Positions 24,193 through 36,080 are shown, counted from the whole stretch's first letter. The stretch: DNA of 63,855 nucleotides, filler included, from Octopus bimaculoides (GCF_001194135.2; 9 parts of 8 records of this genome joined end to end with filler, not necessarily neighbours in it), one strand, 5' to 3'. Numbers and translations are program-made. Notes: generated by a model from the sequence alone, not told the origin.

Positions 24193-26664
24193 CCTAACAA
24201 GAGTGTGCCAAATAAAATCAGAATTGTTATTCGGCTGAGAAGCTGCACGTATAACACATATCTTAGAAGCAGCGCTACAGATATACCAACACACACGAGA
24301 TTGAAACATAGCCAACCTCACACACTTCTCATGAAGAATTCCGGAAAGAGCTTCGTGAGACCACTACTATGTCACTTCTGGAAAAAAAAGAAAAGAAAAG
24401 CCGTTGGAAAACCGATTATAGCAGCGACTACATCTAAGAATATCTGACGAAATATCATCGGACTATATATAACTAAATTACAACAGGTATATAGTCCATT
24501 TTTTGTTCTATAGTGCATTGTTGTACCATTCAAAACTTTTTATTCTTTACAAACAATACACAATGTTTCAAGCGAACTACAATACTCTCTTAATTATTCA
24601 ATGTTGCTAACTATTGGAGTCTCCAGAAAGGCTAAAAATTAAATTGTAAAGGAACAAATAGTTACAATGTTATTTTCAATTGGTGTCTGCAGAAGAGCTA
24701 ATACAAAATAAGCACTGTGTTTTCAGAAGAGCAAATAAAAACAGAGTTATATACATACATAATGAAATACAAATTGCAAATTTAGTGTAAGAAGTGGTGT
24801 GACATTTTAATGTAAAGATCATTAGGGTTCTGAACAAGATACAACAATGGTTTGTTCAATCATAAAATGAATGTAGCAAGATAAAGAGAAATGTAAAATA
24901 TATCGTGTAAAAATGTGTTTAAAGCATTTATAGCATAAGTAGTGTTATCTGTGTACTAAGCCGGTTTGCAGTTTTTTTAATGATACTCTATACAGACAAC
25001 TGGGTATTCTTTCTGAGTTTATTAAGAATATATTTAGCAAAGAGTATTTGAAGCACAAAGGTCATGTGATCATTTGTTTCCATTATAAGATCTTACTCTG
25101 ACAAGGTTTTTCTAAATTTAGTTGAAGGGTAAATTGCTATTCCTTAACCTGTAAATATATTTCCTAGAAAATATGACGTTTCACCTCGCTGGATTACTGA
25201 ATGAATATCTATGACGGTGATAAATAATATTGAAGCTACTGGTAGTAAGCCTGATGTGAAATTAACAGTATTTAAATTTCAGACTAATTTTAAGATTTCA
25301 TTAAGAGTGTAAATACCAAATACATAAACTAATGTTGATAATAGTCAATTTTTATTGAATTCTTTTCTTTCATCTCTTCTATACTTTCTCGATATCCTCT
25401 CTTTTGTTTTTACATTCTCTAGTGTAAACCATTTCCCTAATTAAAACTTATCCCCTCCGTATATTCCACAGCACTCATTCTATTGCCTAAAACATCTCAC
25501 CTACCTTCCTGCTCAGTTCATCCATTCTGATCAATGTTCTCTTCTTTCTTTCGTCACTTTAACTAAATCCTTTCCCCTCTCTATAATTTCTACGAAACTT
25601 GTCCCATGACCTAAAGCTTCTCGTCTCTCTTCCTGCTAAATCCGTCCTTTCTCTGATAAATTCTTCTTTCACCTTTTTATCTTTCTGCTCCTAAATTATT
25701 TCAATGTTAATAACCCTACATGCATATTCTTGTCTCTGAAAGAACCAACTTCCAGCGGTNNNNNNNNNNNNNNNNNNNNNNNNNNNNNNNNNNNNNNNNN
25801 NNNNNNNNNNNNNNNNNNNNNNNNNNNNNNNNNNNNNNNNNNNNNNNNNNNNNNNNNNNNNNNNNNNNNNNNNNNNNNNNNNNNNNNNNNNNNNNNNNNN
25901 NNNNNNNNNNNNNNNNNNNNNNNNNNNNNNNNNNNNNNNNNNNNNNNNNNNNNNNNNNNNNNNNNNNNNNNNNNNNNNNNNNNNNNNNNNNNNNNNNNNN
26001 NNNNNNNNNNNNNNNNNNNNNNNNNNNNNNNNNNNNNNNNNNNNNNNNNNNNNNNNNNNNNNNNNNNNNNNNNNNNNNNNNNNNNNNNNNNNNNNNNNNN
26101 NNNNNNNNNNNNNNNNNNNNNNNNNNNNNNNNNNNNNNNNNNNNNNNNNNNNNNNNNNNNNNNNNNNNNNNNNNNNNNNNNNNNNNNNNNNNNNNNNNNN
26201 NNNNNNNNNNNNNNNNNNNNNNNNNNNNNNNNNNNNNNNNNNNNNNNNNNNNNNNNNNNNNNNNNNNNNNNNNNNNNNNNNNNNNNNNNNNNNNNNNNNN
26301 NNNNNNNNNNNNNNNNNNNNNNNNNNNNNNNNNNNNNNNNNNNNNNNNNNNNNNNNNNNNNNNNNNNNNNNNNNNNNNNNNNNNNNNNNNNNNNNNNNNN
26401 NNNNNNNNNNNNNNNNNNNNNNNNNNNNNNNNNNNNNNNNNNNNNNNNNNNNNNNNNNNNNNNNNNNNNNNNNNNNNNNNNNNNNNNNNNNNNNNNNNNN
26501 NNNNNNNNNNNNNNNNNNNNNNNNNNNNNNNNNNNNNNNNNNNNNNNNNNNNNNNNNNNNNNNNNNNNNNNNNNNNNNNNNNNNNNNNNNNNNNNNNNNN
26601 NNNNNNNNNNNNNNNNNNNNNNNNNNNNNNNNNNNNATGTGTGTTAGTGCAAGTGCGTTATCGC

Positions 26665-26670
26665 TTTATT
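26665..26670 (-). promoter_or_regulatory. Polyadenylation signal AATAAA of the serine protease gene
   Basis: Lies 64 nt downstream of the TGA at 26734-26736 on the minus strand. Confidence 0.55.
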
Positions 26671-26733
26671 TAATTCAGTTTAACATCCCTGGAAAAAATT
26701 TCGGATCCTATTTCGATACCAATGAAGCTTTGC

Positions 26734-26883
26734 TCAGTGCTTCGTAGACAGCCATCGGTTATGGGAGGCCACATCTGTGAAAATGGAATGTTTGGTCGAG
26801 CACACGTCGCCTTTAACAGCGAATCCCGCAAGTACTTGGTCACCGTTCGTTCTCATACAAATCAGGGAGACGCCCGAATCGCC
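26734..26883 (-). CDS. S1 (trypsin-fold) serine protease, terminal coding exon with catalytic Ser
   Basis: Acceptor GTTGTTTTTAG|, phase 0. Translates GDSGVSLICMRTNGDQVLAGFAVKGDVCSTKHSIFTDVASHNRWLSTKH-stop, aligning with GDSGGPLVC..LxGIVSWG..C...GVYTxV..WI. Confidence 0.85.
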   Translation of the reverse strand, partial: GDSGVSLICMRTNGDQVLAGFAVKGDVCSTKHSIFTDVASHNRWLSTKH

Positions 26884-26942
26884 CTAAAAACAACGATACA
26901 CACAGAATTAGTAGATCACATATGTTAATTATACGAGGGAGT

Positions 26943-27260
26943 TGTGAAGGCATGTGGATTAGGGGTTAGGATAAGCGATCGTAAGACCGTGAGTTCGATT
27001 CCTAGTGGTGGTGTTGTGTCCTTGAACAAGACACTTTATTTCACGTTGCTCCAGTCCACTCAGCTAACAACAATGAGTTGTACCTGCAATTCAAAAGGGG
27101 CCAGCCTCGTCACATTCAGCGTCGGGCTGAATCTCCCTGCGAACTACATTAAGGTTACGCGTGTCTGTGGTGCACTCAGCCACTTGCACGCTAATTTCGT
27201 GAGCAGGCTGTTCTGTTGATCAGACCAACTGGAACACTCGTCGTCGAAACCGACGGAGAG
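26943..27260 (+). mobile_element. SINE family D (OR2-like: tRNA head, CORE, tail shared with family C)
   Basis: B-box GAGTTCGATTCC and CORE-like GTGTCCTTGAACAAGACACTTTA, then the same tail as family C. Confidence 0.8.
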
Positions 27261-27264
27261 CCTG

Positions 27265-27455
27265 TATACGTGGGAATGCTGAAAAGTTCCTGGTAACAGA
27301 AAATACAGGAGGATCAATTAATTATGATTTTATTCAACATATTCCTCTCTCAGACTCACAAAATTATTCCAGCAGTCCTTCAGGTTTTCTAAGCTCTGTA
27401 AAAGAACTCGGAGGGTTGGGCCTCCAACCAAACCTTTCGCGATACACTTAAAACC
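27265..27455 (-). mobile_element. Mariner-derived MITE; opposite-orientation partial copy at about 31370-31480
   Basis: GCTGAAAAGTTCCTGG..AAAATACAGGAGGATCAATTAATTATGATTTTATTCAACATATTCC is the reverse complement of the 31400-31470 sequence and resembles a mariner C-terminus (..RGEYVE-stop). Confidence 0.7.
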
Positions 27456-27532
27456 ATGTTGATTACATGTTAATTATATACGAATTATATGTTAAACATA
27501 TTGGAATTAATACTGGATATATGAGAGCTGGG

Positions 27533-27826
27533 TGGAGGCACATGGCCTAGTGGATAGAGCAGCGGACTCGCGGTCGGAGGATCGCGGTTTCGATTTCCAG
27601 ACCGGGCGTTGTGTGTGTTTATTGAGCGAAAACAGCTAAAGCTCCACGAGGCTCCGGGAGGGGGGGGGCGACCCCTGTTGTACTCTTTCACCCCAACTTT
27701 CTCACACTCTTTCTTCCTGTTTCTTGAGTAACGCTGCGATGGACTGGCGTCCCGCCCAGCTGGTGGGGGGAACACATACGCCATAGAAACCGGGAAACCG
27801 GGCCCATGAGCCTGGCTAGGCTTTAA
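27533..27826 (+). mobile_element. SINE with family C head and body but a different 3' tail
   Basis: Head GGAGGCACATGGCCTAGTGG..GGTTTCGATTTCCAG and body match family C up to TTCCTGTTTCT, then continue GCTGCGATGGACTGGCGTCCCGCCCAG...AGAAACCGGG. Confidence 0.8.
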
Positions 27827-28715
27827 NNNNNNNNNNNNNNNNNNNNNNNNNNNNNNNNNNNNNNNNNNNNNNNNNNNNNNNNNNNNNNNNNNNNNNNNNN
27901 NNNNNNNNNNNNNNNNNNNNNNNNNNNNNNNNNNNNNNNNNNNNNNNNNNNNNNNNNNNNNNNNNNNNNNNNNNNNNNNNNNNNNNNNNNNNNNNNNNNN
28001 NNNNNNNNNNNNNNNNNNNNNNNNNNNNNNNNNNNNNNNNNNNNNNNNNNNNNNNNNNNNNNNNNNNNNNNNNNNNNNNNNNNNNNNNNNNNNNNNNNNN
28101 NNNNNNNNNNNNNNNNNNNNNNNNNNNNNNNNNNNNNNNNNNNNNNNNNNNNNNNNNNNNNNNNNNNNNNNNNNNNNNNNNNNNNNNNNNNNNNNNNNNN
28201 NNNNNNNNNNNNNNNNNNNNNNNNNNNNNNNNNNNNNNNNNNNNNNNNNNNNNNNNNNNNNNNNNNNNNNNNNNNNNNNNNNNNNNNNNNNNNNNNNNNN
28301 NNNNNNNNNNNNNNNNNNNNNNNNNNNNNNNNNNNNNNNNNNNNNNNNNNNNNNNNNNNNNNNNNNNNNNNNNNNNNNNNNNNNNNNNNNNNNNNNNNNN
28401 NNNNNNNNNNNNNNNNNNNNNNNNNNNNNNNNNNNNNNNNNNNNNNNNNNNNNNNNNNNNNNNNNNNNNNNNNNNNNNNNNNNNNNNNNNNNNNNNNNNN
28501 NNNNNNNNNNNNNNNNNNNNNNNNNNNNNNNNNNNNNNNNNNNNNNNNNNNNNNNNNNNNNNNNNNNNNNNNNNNNNNNNNNNNNNNNNNNNNNNNNNNN
28601 NNNNNNNNNNNNNNNNNNNNNNNNNNNNNNNNNNNNNNNNNNNNNNNNNNNNNNNNNNNNNNNNNNNNNNNNNNNNNNNNNNNNNNNNNNNNNNNNNNNN
28701 NNNNNNNNNNNNNNN

Positions 28716-29110
28716 AAGGGGTTATTGTGGTGGGTGAAAATGATGGGCGTGGTGATAGCGATGGGGATGGTGATCGTGGTGGGAATGGTGATTGTGGTGG
28801 GCGTGGTGATAGTGACAAGGGGTTATTGTGGTGGGTGAAAATGATGGGCGTGGTGATAGCGATGGGGATGGTGATCGTGGTGGGAGTGGTAATTGTGGTG
28901 GGCGTGGTGATAGTGACAAGGGGTTATTGTGGTGGGTGAAAATGATGGGCGTGGTGATAGCGATGGGGATGGTGATCGTGGTGGGTGTGGTGATTGTGGT
29001 GGGNNNNNNNNNNAATTGTGGTGGGCGTGGTGATAGTGACAAGGGGTTATTGTGGTGGGTGAAAATGATGGGCGTGGTGATAGCGATGGGGATGGTGATC
29101 GTGGTGAGAG
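28716..29110 (+). repeat. 101-bp G/T-rich minisatellite (at least 3 copies)
   Basis: AAGGGGTTATTGTGGTGGGTGAAAATGATGGG starts at 28716, 28817 and 28918. The unit is not a multiple of 3. Confidence 0.9.
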
Positions 29111-29481
29111 TGGTGATAGAGTGGAAGTGGAAATAGTGGTGGGTGGCGTGGTCACAGTGGTGGAAGTGGTCAGCATGGTGATAATGATGATGACGGTGAT
29201 AGTGGTGGGCGTGGTGATATTGGTGGGAGTGGTGATAGAAGTGGGCGTGGTGATAGTAGTAGAGTAGTGATGGGGGTAGTAGCGTTAGGGATGATGATGG
29301 CGTTGTTGGAGGTGGTGGCCATGATGTTAATGGCGTTGTCATCGATGTAGTTGTTGTCATCGTTGTTGTTGTTTTGTTGTTGTTGGTGGTAGTAGTGGTG
29401 GTGGTCATTTGGATTGGAATACAGTTTTGAAAAAGAAAACAGAACAAAAGACACATGTTAGAATACAAGAACATTTAACGC

Positions 29482-29534
<53 letters not shown>

Positions 29535-29575
29535 AAGAAGAAGAAGAAGAAGAAGAAGAAGAGTAGTAGTAGTAA

Positions 29576-29611
<36 letters not shown>

Positions 29612-29634
29612 NNNNNNNNNNATTATCATTATTA

Positions 29635-29684
<50 letters not shown>

Positions 29685-29686
29685 GT

Positions 29687-29742
<56 letters not shown>

Positions 29743-29744
29743 AG

Positions 29745-29960
29745 ACAGCGAGCTGGCAGAATCGTTACCTCGCTGGGCGAAATGCTTAGCAGCGTTTCGT
29801 TTGTCTTTACGTTCTGAGTTCAAATTCCGCCGACGTCTACTTTGCCTGTCATCCTTTCCGGGATCGATAAAATATGTACCAGTTAAGTACTTGGGTCGAC
29901 GTAATCGACTTGTTCCTTTTCCCCCAAATTGCTGGCGTTGTACCAGAATTTGAAATCAAC
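29745..29960 (+). mobile_element. SINE family B, near full length
   Basis: GCGAGCTGGCAGAATCGTT...GAGTTCAAATTCCGCCG...GATAAAATATGTACCAGTT...CCCCAAATT. Confidence 0.85.
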
Positions 29961-30876
29961 AACCTGTTAGTTTGTTAGCGGGGTGGGCACTGAATGAAAT
30001 TTAAGTTTTCTTACAGGTAGCCCGGCGTTAAGTGAACATGTTCAGAAGCCTTGTGCAGGGGATCTGATATTACCCATGTCTATTCAGCTGCAAGAATATG
30101 AGAACTAGGTCTCCGGTCGGGAAATAATTCACCATCGTAAAACCTCGTCTTTTACAGTACCAACACGTGACCAAGAATTTATTTCTCTTTCAGCCTCCAG
30201 TCTCGATGACAATCGTGAAAACAAGAAAATTGCAGCAAAGCCGCGTGGTAGTGGTGTCAGACGTGACATGTTGACCATCATATCACTTGTTTTTATTCTT
30301 CTTTTCCCTTTTTATTTTGACATGCGCATTGCGTCTTTATTCTTCTCTTCCGTTTTACGAATTCAGTGTGCAGATGCGCATTGCGTGTTCACGATTCTCT
30401 TTCCGGTTCCTACTGAAAACTGTTTATAGATTACAACCATCTCACGAACCAGCGCTTTTCTACTACTACTGCTTTTTCTTCTCCCTTTTCTTCCTCATTT
30501 ATTTCTACTTCTGTATTCTTCTTCCTTTTTTCTTCCTCCTCCGTTTCTTCTTCTTCTTCTTCTTCTATCACTACTATAATCATCTTCGTTCCTCTTCTAC
30601 ACTCTTCCTCTTCTTAGATTTCTTCTTCAACTTCTTCCTTTTCTTCTTCCTCTTCGTCATCTTCTTCCTTTCCCGTTTCCTCCTCTTGGTTTTTCTTCCT
30701 CTTCATCTCTCCCTCTTCTTCTTTACTTCTCTTTCTCCATCATCTGCCGAAGGAATTTTCCACACCATTTACAGAACGTTCCACATTCAATACTGACCAA
30801 TCCATCTTCTGACCATTCCATTTAACAATGACAAGGTGAGCTTCATCACTAAATCTAAGATCACAGTTAGCTAAAT

Positions 30877-31025
30877 CAGGCATGGCCAACCCTTTTCGAG
30901 AAGCGCTCCACATGAGACATGCTTCATTATCAGATGGGCCGCATATAACTAATACAAACAGAAAAATCCGGAGAAATTTATCGTTAGGCGTGCTGGCGGG
31001 CCGCAATTTTCCTATGACCGGGTTA
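30877..31025 (+). mobile_element. Possible hAT-type MITE fragment
   Basis: Starts CAGGCATGGCCAAC and contains two GGGCCGCA motifs, typical of hAT non-autonomous ends. No right TIR recognised. Confidence 0.35.
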
Positions 31026-31212
31026 GATCTAATAAAACATCACACAGTCACAGAGAGGCGGAGAGGGGAAAAGAGGAGGAGAAAGTGATGCACAAGTTCA
31101 TACACACACATACATTCACACACACACATACGTCCGCGCGCGCGCGTGAAAACAAAGGGCGGTAACCGCTTTCACAGAACGTCCGGAGACAAGAGATTGG
31201 TGTTATGCTTAC

Positions 31213-31335
31213 CCCATCCAACGGACATACATGTTCTGTCAACAAAAGATTCATCGGGTTTCGCCAGTTCGATTCCTTTGTAACAGTTATAAAAATGGAT
31301 CGGTCGAGCGAGCGTGATAATGGCCAAATCGTTTA
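31213..31335 (-). CDS. S1 serine protease exon with catalytic Asp
   Basis: Acceptor ATCTTCTTCAG| and donor TGGG|GTAAGC. 123 nt, phase 1-1. Translates (L)NDLAIITLARPIHFYNCYKGIELAKPDESFVDRTCMSVGW(G), matching NDIALLxL..P.......C..xGWG. Confidence 0.9.
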
Positions 31336-31494
31336 CTGAAGAAGATAATATATATACGAATAAGCTTCGGAAAACTGAAGTGTGTAAACCTGAGGGGTGG
31401 GGAATATGCTGAATAAAATCATAATTAACTGATCCACTTGTATTTTCCTTTTACCTAAAGCCAGGAACCTTTCGGCATAACCGTGTATATGTAT

Positions 31495-31690
31495 GCTTAC
31501 GAACCACATGGTTCCGGGTACAGTCCCACTGCGTGGCACCTTGGGCAAGTGTCTTCTACTATAGCCTCGGGCCGACCAAAGCCTTGTGGGTGGATTTGGT
31601 AGACGGAAACTGAAAGAAACCCGTCGTATATATGTATATATCTATATATATATGTGTGTGTTTGTGTGTCTGTTTGTCTGTGATTGTCCG
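31495..31690 (+). mobile_element. SINE family A, partial, in protease intron
   Basis: CACATGGTTCCGGGTACAGTCCCACTGCGTGGCACCTTGGGCAAGTGTCTTCTACTATAGCCTCGGGCC. Confidence 0.85.
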
Positions 31691-31999
31691 CCCAACAAGC
31701 TGTGAAGGCGGGAAGGGGAAAATACAACTCAAACACAAAGACACACATACATAATTACATACATACATGCATGCATGCACACACATACACACATACAGGT
31801 TCGGTAGAACAAACAGGAGAAAAATGAGTGTGGGTGATACAAGCGACCCAACATCGAGTTAACAGAATGTAGGAAAGAACAAGAGTGGTGCGTACTGCGA
31901 AGGTGCTGACTGACAGACGAACACCTACATACACCACCGGTGTGTCTAAATACGAGCATTCGAGCATCGACCCAACCAAATCTATATTGCTGTAAACAG

Positions 32000-32435
32000 G
32001 TGCATGCGTGGCTGTGTGGCATGACGTTGGCTTCCCAACCACAGAGTTTCAGGTTCGGTCCCACTGCGAGACTACTTCTGCAAATATCTTCTTATTATAG
32101 CCACAGGCCAACGGAAGCTTTGTGAGTGGATTAGGTTAACGGAAACTGAAAGAAGCCCATCGTATGTGTGTGTGTGTGTGTATGTGCCTGTGTCTGTGTG
32201 TACGTGTGCGTGTGTGTCTGTGTGTCTGTCTGTCTATTTGAGTTTGTGTTTGCTTTTGTCCCCTACCACCGCTTTGCAACCGTTGTTGGTTTGTTCACGT
32301 CCCCATAACTTCGCAGTTCGGAAAAAGAGGCCCACAGAATAAGTGTCAGTCTTAAGCCATTCGACTAAAAATTTCTCTAGGTGGTGCCCCAGCATGGCCA
32401 CACTTCAATGACCGGAACAAGTAAAAGCTAAAAGA
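32000..32435 (+). mobile_element. SINE family A, full length, in protease intron
   Basis: Head, CORE, central (TG)n and the GGTGCCCCAGCATGGCCA..AAGTAAAAG tail. Confidence 0.8.
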
Positions 32436-32451
32436 TGACTTAGCTACTTAC

Positions 32452-32570
32452 AGCTTTCACCTTTCTTATTGGCAGGCATCGATATTACTCGTCGCCATGA
32501 CAATGCGATCCCGCGTTTCCCCGAATTGACAATTCCGGTTTTCAGTTCCACTTTTCGCAAGTCCGGAAGT
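32452..32570 (-). CDS. S1 serine protease exon upstream of the Asp exon
   Basis: Long pyrimidine tract with TTTTAG| and donor AGCT|GTAAGT. 119 nt, phase 2 to phase 1. Translates LPDLRKVELKTGIVNSGKRGIALSWRRVISMPANKKGES and splices in frame (T|TA = Leu) to NDLAII. Confidence 0.8.
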
Positions 32571-32846
32571 CTAAAACGCAAAGAAAAAACAAAGAAACTA
32601 AAAAGGTAACATCGTTGTTTGTGTGTGTATGTGTGTATGTGTGTGTGTGTGTGTGTGTGTCTATGTGTCTGTCTGTGTGTGCACTTGTGTGTGTATGTGT
32701 ATGTGTGTGTATGTATGTATTTGTATATTTATATTTATCTATATANNNNNNNNNNNNNNNNNNNNNNNNNNNNNNNNNNNNNNNNNNNNTTAATTAATTA
32801 ANNNNNNNNNNNNNNNNNNNNNNNNNNNNNNNNNNNNNNNNNNNNA

Positions 32847-32892
<46 letters not shown>

Positions 32893-32929
32893 TATGTATG
32901 TTCTTATATATATGTATATTCTTATATAT

Positions 32930-32962
<33 letters not shown>

Positions 32963-34239
32963 AAATACATTTTCAATATGTATTTCATGCATTTAAGATA
33001 CTCACACACACATACACACGTATAGGTTATTGATCACAGGCAAGCTAAATTTTGGGGTAATTATGCGGGAATTATACTCATTTTAGAGTGAATCCATCTC
33101 AGATATTCACGTATCGAGAGGGCTGTCGGGGATAGAATCGATCAAAGTACGTTGATGATACAGATACTATAAATAGTACCTTTCACTTTATAAACAATAC
33201 GTTTTGCAAACAATCAGGCAGGCCAGTATAATTAACTTACTCCTGCTCACAACAGAAATTGTTTAAAATATTATATAGATATGAAAATTGTAAAGATACG
33301 TTTTATTTTAGATAACTGCTATAACGAGGAGTCTTAATATCTGCTAAATGATAAGCAAACGATGTTTCTCCGATATTTAAGCAGCCCGAAATAAAACTCT
33401 TGAATAGGATTGATAAACAGCACGATCGAAGAATTATATGAATATAAAAAGTTAAATATAGGAAGTCATACCGTACTNNNNNNNNNNNNNNNNNNNNNNN
33501 NNNNNNNNNNNNNNNNNNNNNNNNNNNNNNNNNNNNNNNNNNNNNNNNNNNNNNNNNNNNNNNNNNNNNNNNNNNNNNNNNNNNNNNNNNNNNNNNNNNN
33601 NNNNNNNNNNNNNNNNNNNNNNNNNNNNNNNNNNNNNNNNNNNNNNNNNNNNNNNNNNNNNNNNNNNNNNNNNNNNNNNNNNNNNNNNNNNNNNNNNNNN
33701 NNNNNNNNNNNNNNNNNNNNNNNNNNNNNNNNNNNNNNNNNNNNNNNNNNNNNNNNNNNNNNNNNNNNNNNNNNNNNNNNNNNNNNNNNNNNNNNNNNNN
33801 NNNNNNNNNNNNNNNNNNNNNNNNNNNNNNNNNNNNNNNNNNNNNNNNNNNNNNNNNNNNNNNNNNNNNNNNNNNNNNNNNNNNNNNNNNNNNNNNNNNN
33901 NNNNNNNNNNNNNNNNNNNNNNNNNNNNNNNNNNNNNNNNNNNNNNNNNNNNNNNNNNNNNNNNNNNNNNNNNNNNNNNNNNNNNNNNNNNNNNNNNNNN
34001 NNNNNNNNNNNNNNNNNNNNNNNNNNNNNNNNNNNNNNNNNNNNNNNNNNNNNNNNNNNNNNNNNNNNNNNNNNNNNNNNNNNNNNNNNNNNNNNNNNNN
34101 NNNNNNNNNNNNNNNNNNNNNNNNNNNNNNNNNNNNNNNNNNNNNNNNNNNNNNNNNNNNNNNNNNNNNNNNNNNNNNNNNNNNNNNNNNNNNNNNNNNN
34201 NNNNNNNNNNNNNNNNNNNNNNNNNNNNNNNNNNNNNNT

Positions 34240-34550
34240 TGTACTTCGAATATCATATATTTTGATATCCTGTATTTGAAATATCCTACATTTTGATATG
34301 CATTATTTTCAAAATTATATATTCTGATATTCCTGTTTTCAACATTTTATGTTTTGATAACCACTATTTCAAATTACGCAAAATTTGATTCTGAGATTTT
34401 CATGTATCCGGCGTTTGATATCCTCTACTTCCAATACTACATATTTTGATAATACTTGTTTCAACACACCTACATTTTCCTATCCTGTATTTCAAATACA
34501 CTCCGTTTTAATATCGCCTATATCGTTCGTTTCAAATATCTTGCCCTACC
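34240..34550 (+). repeat. Degenerate array of about 19 units of 15-16 bp (TTTTGATATCCTGTA-like)
   Basis: Regular recurrence of TTT(T/C)(G/C)A(T/A)A at 15-16 nt spacing. Confidence 0.65.
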
Positions 34551-35062
34551 GAATGCGCAGATGTAATGCAGAAATCTATAATTCTCTGTCTCTTTCTCTG
34601 TCTAATTCACTCAAAACTAAAACACACACACATATACACAAAGAGGCGCAGAGATACGTAGTTAATTCTAAAAAATGAATGATTCAATATATAAATAGAG
34701 GTACGGATGAATAACTTCCTTGATATATAAATACGTAGATAAATTGATTACTTTTGCAAAAATAAGTGGAAGTTATACAGACAGAGCGAGTGGGGTGTAT
34801 ACATAGCGAGAGGGTATAATGCATATCTATGTGCACATCTGTGTGAGTATAGAAGAGAGAGAGAGAGGGGTAGAGATAGAGAGAAAGGTGCAGTGATTTC
34901 AGAAAGAATTAAAAGAAATAGAGCGATATAATGAATCGGAGAAATAAAACAATGGAAAATAAACATAAGCAAGCAGATGCACACACGCACACACACGCGT
35001 GCGTGAACGTACACAGCATGCAAACACACATGGAGACGTACACACAAACATACGTACCAGAA

Positions 35063-35100
<38 letters not shown>

Positions 35101-35164
35101 CACACATACATATGTATATGTTTGTAAATATATTAATACGAATTATGTGAATACATACACGCAT

Positions 35165-35363
35165 ATATCTCTTTACTCTTTTATTCTTTTACTTGTTTCA
35201 GTCATTTGACTGTGGCCATGCTGGAGCACCGCCTTTAGTCGAGCAAAGCGACCCCAGGACTTATTCTTTGGAAGCCTAGTACTTATTCTATCTGTCTCTT
35301 TTGCCGAACCGCTAATGTTACGGTGACTTAAACACACCAGCATCGGTTTTCAAGCGATGTTGG
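35165..35363 (-). mobile_element. SINE family A 3' half
   Basis: TTTTACTTGTTTCAGTCATTTGACTGTGGCCATGCTGGAGCACCGCCTTTAGTCGAGC. Confidence 0.85.
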
Positions 35364-35699
35364 NNNNNNNNNNNNNNNNNNNNNNNNNNNNNNNNNNNNN
35401 NNNNNNNNNNNNNNNNNNNNNNNNNNNNNNNNNNNNNNNNNNNNNNNNNNNNNNNNNNNNNNNNNNNNNNNNNNNNNNNNNNNNNNNNNNNNNNNNNNNN
35501 NNNNNNNNNNNNNNNNNNNNNNNNNNNNNNNNNNNNNNNNNNNNNNNNNNNNNNNNNNNNNNNNNNTATATATGTATACGAGCAACCAAATTTCGTCTAT
35601 ATTCATGCATATACTTTTCCGATAACCAAACCATACAGATCTGAACGAACACTGACTCCAAATACATTCACACATACACACAATCATATACTGATCCCC

Positions 35700-35946
35700 T
35701 ATTGACTGCGGCCACGCTGGAGCACCGCCTTTAGTCGAGCACATCCACCCCATCGCTTATACTTTGTAAGGCTAGTACTTAATCCATCGTTCTCTTTTGC
35801 CGAACGGCTAATATACGGGGGCGTAAACACACCAGCATCGGTGGTCAAGTTATGGTGGGGGACAAACACGGATACACAAACACTAATACATCCGTTTGTT
35901 GTTTTCACCACCTGTCTTCGTCTGTTGTTCTTTCGTAAATTCTCCC

Positions 35947-35978
<32 letters not shown>

Positions 35979-36080
35979 GGTGGGCTTCTTTCAGTTTCTA
36001 CCTACCAAATCCACTCACAAGGCTTTGGTCGACACTTGCCCAAGGTGCAACGCAGCAGGACTGAACCCGGAACCACACAG
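35700..36080 (-). mobile_element. SINE family A with a short PLE-like insert in its central microsatellite (about 35890-35945)
   Basis: Tail at 35700-35885 and head at 35975-36080. The insert is homologous, in opposite orientation, to 37365-37410. Confidence 0.7.

Noticed and set aside
25150-25330. Possible ancient LINE RT on the minus strand (FTSGLLPVASILFITVIDI)
   Set aside because: Similarity to SGVPQGSVLGPLLF is too weak to call without a profile search.
30017-30260. Cluster of plus-strand acceptor-like sites
   Set aside because: No convincing donor and frame combination or recognisable peptide, and it lies antisense within the protease intron.
31790-31990. FGW..VCRCSSVSQHLRSTHHSC as the missing His exon of the protease
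   Set aside because: Cys spacing mimics CGGSLI..TAAHC, but the conserved residues are absent and the segment lies between two exons that already splice in frame, so the order is wrong.
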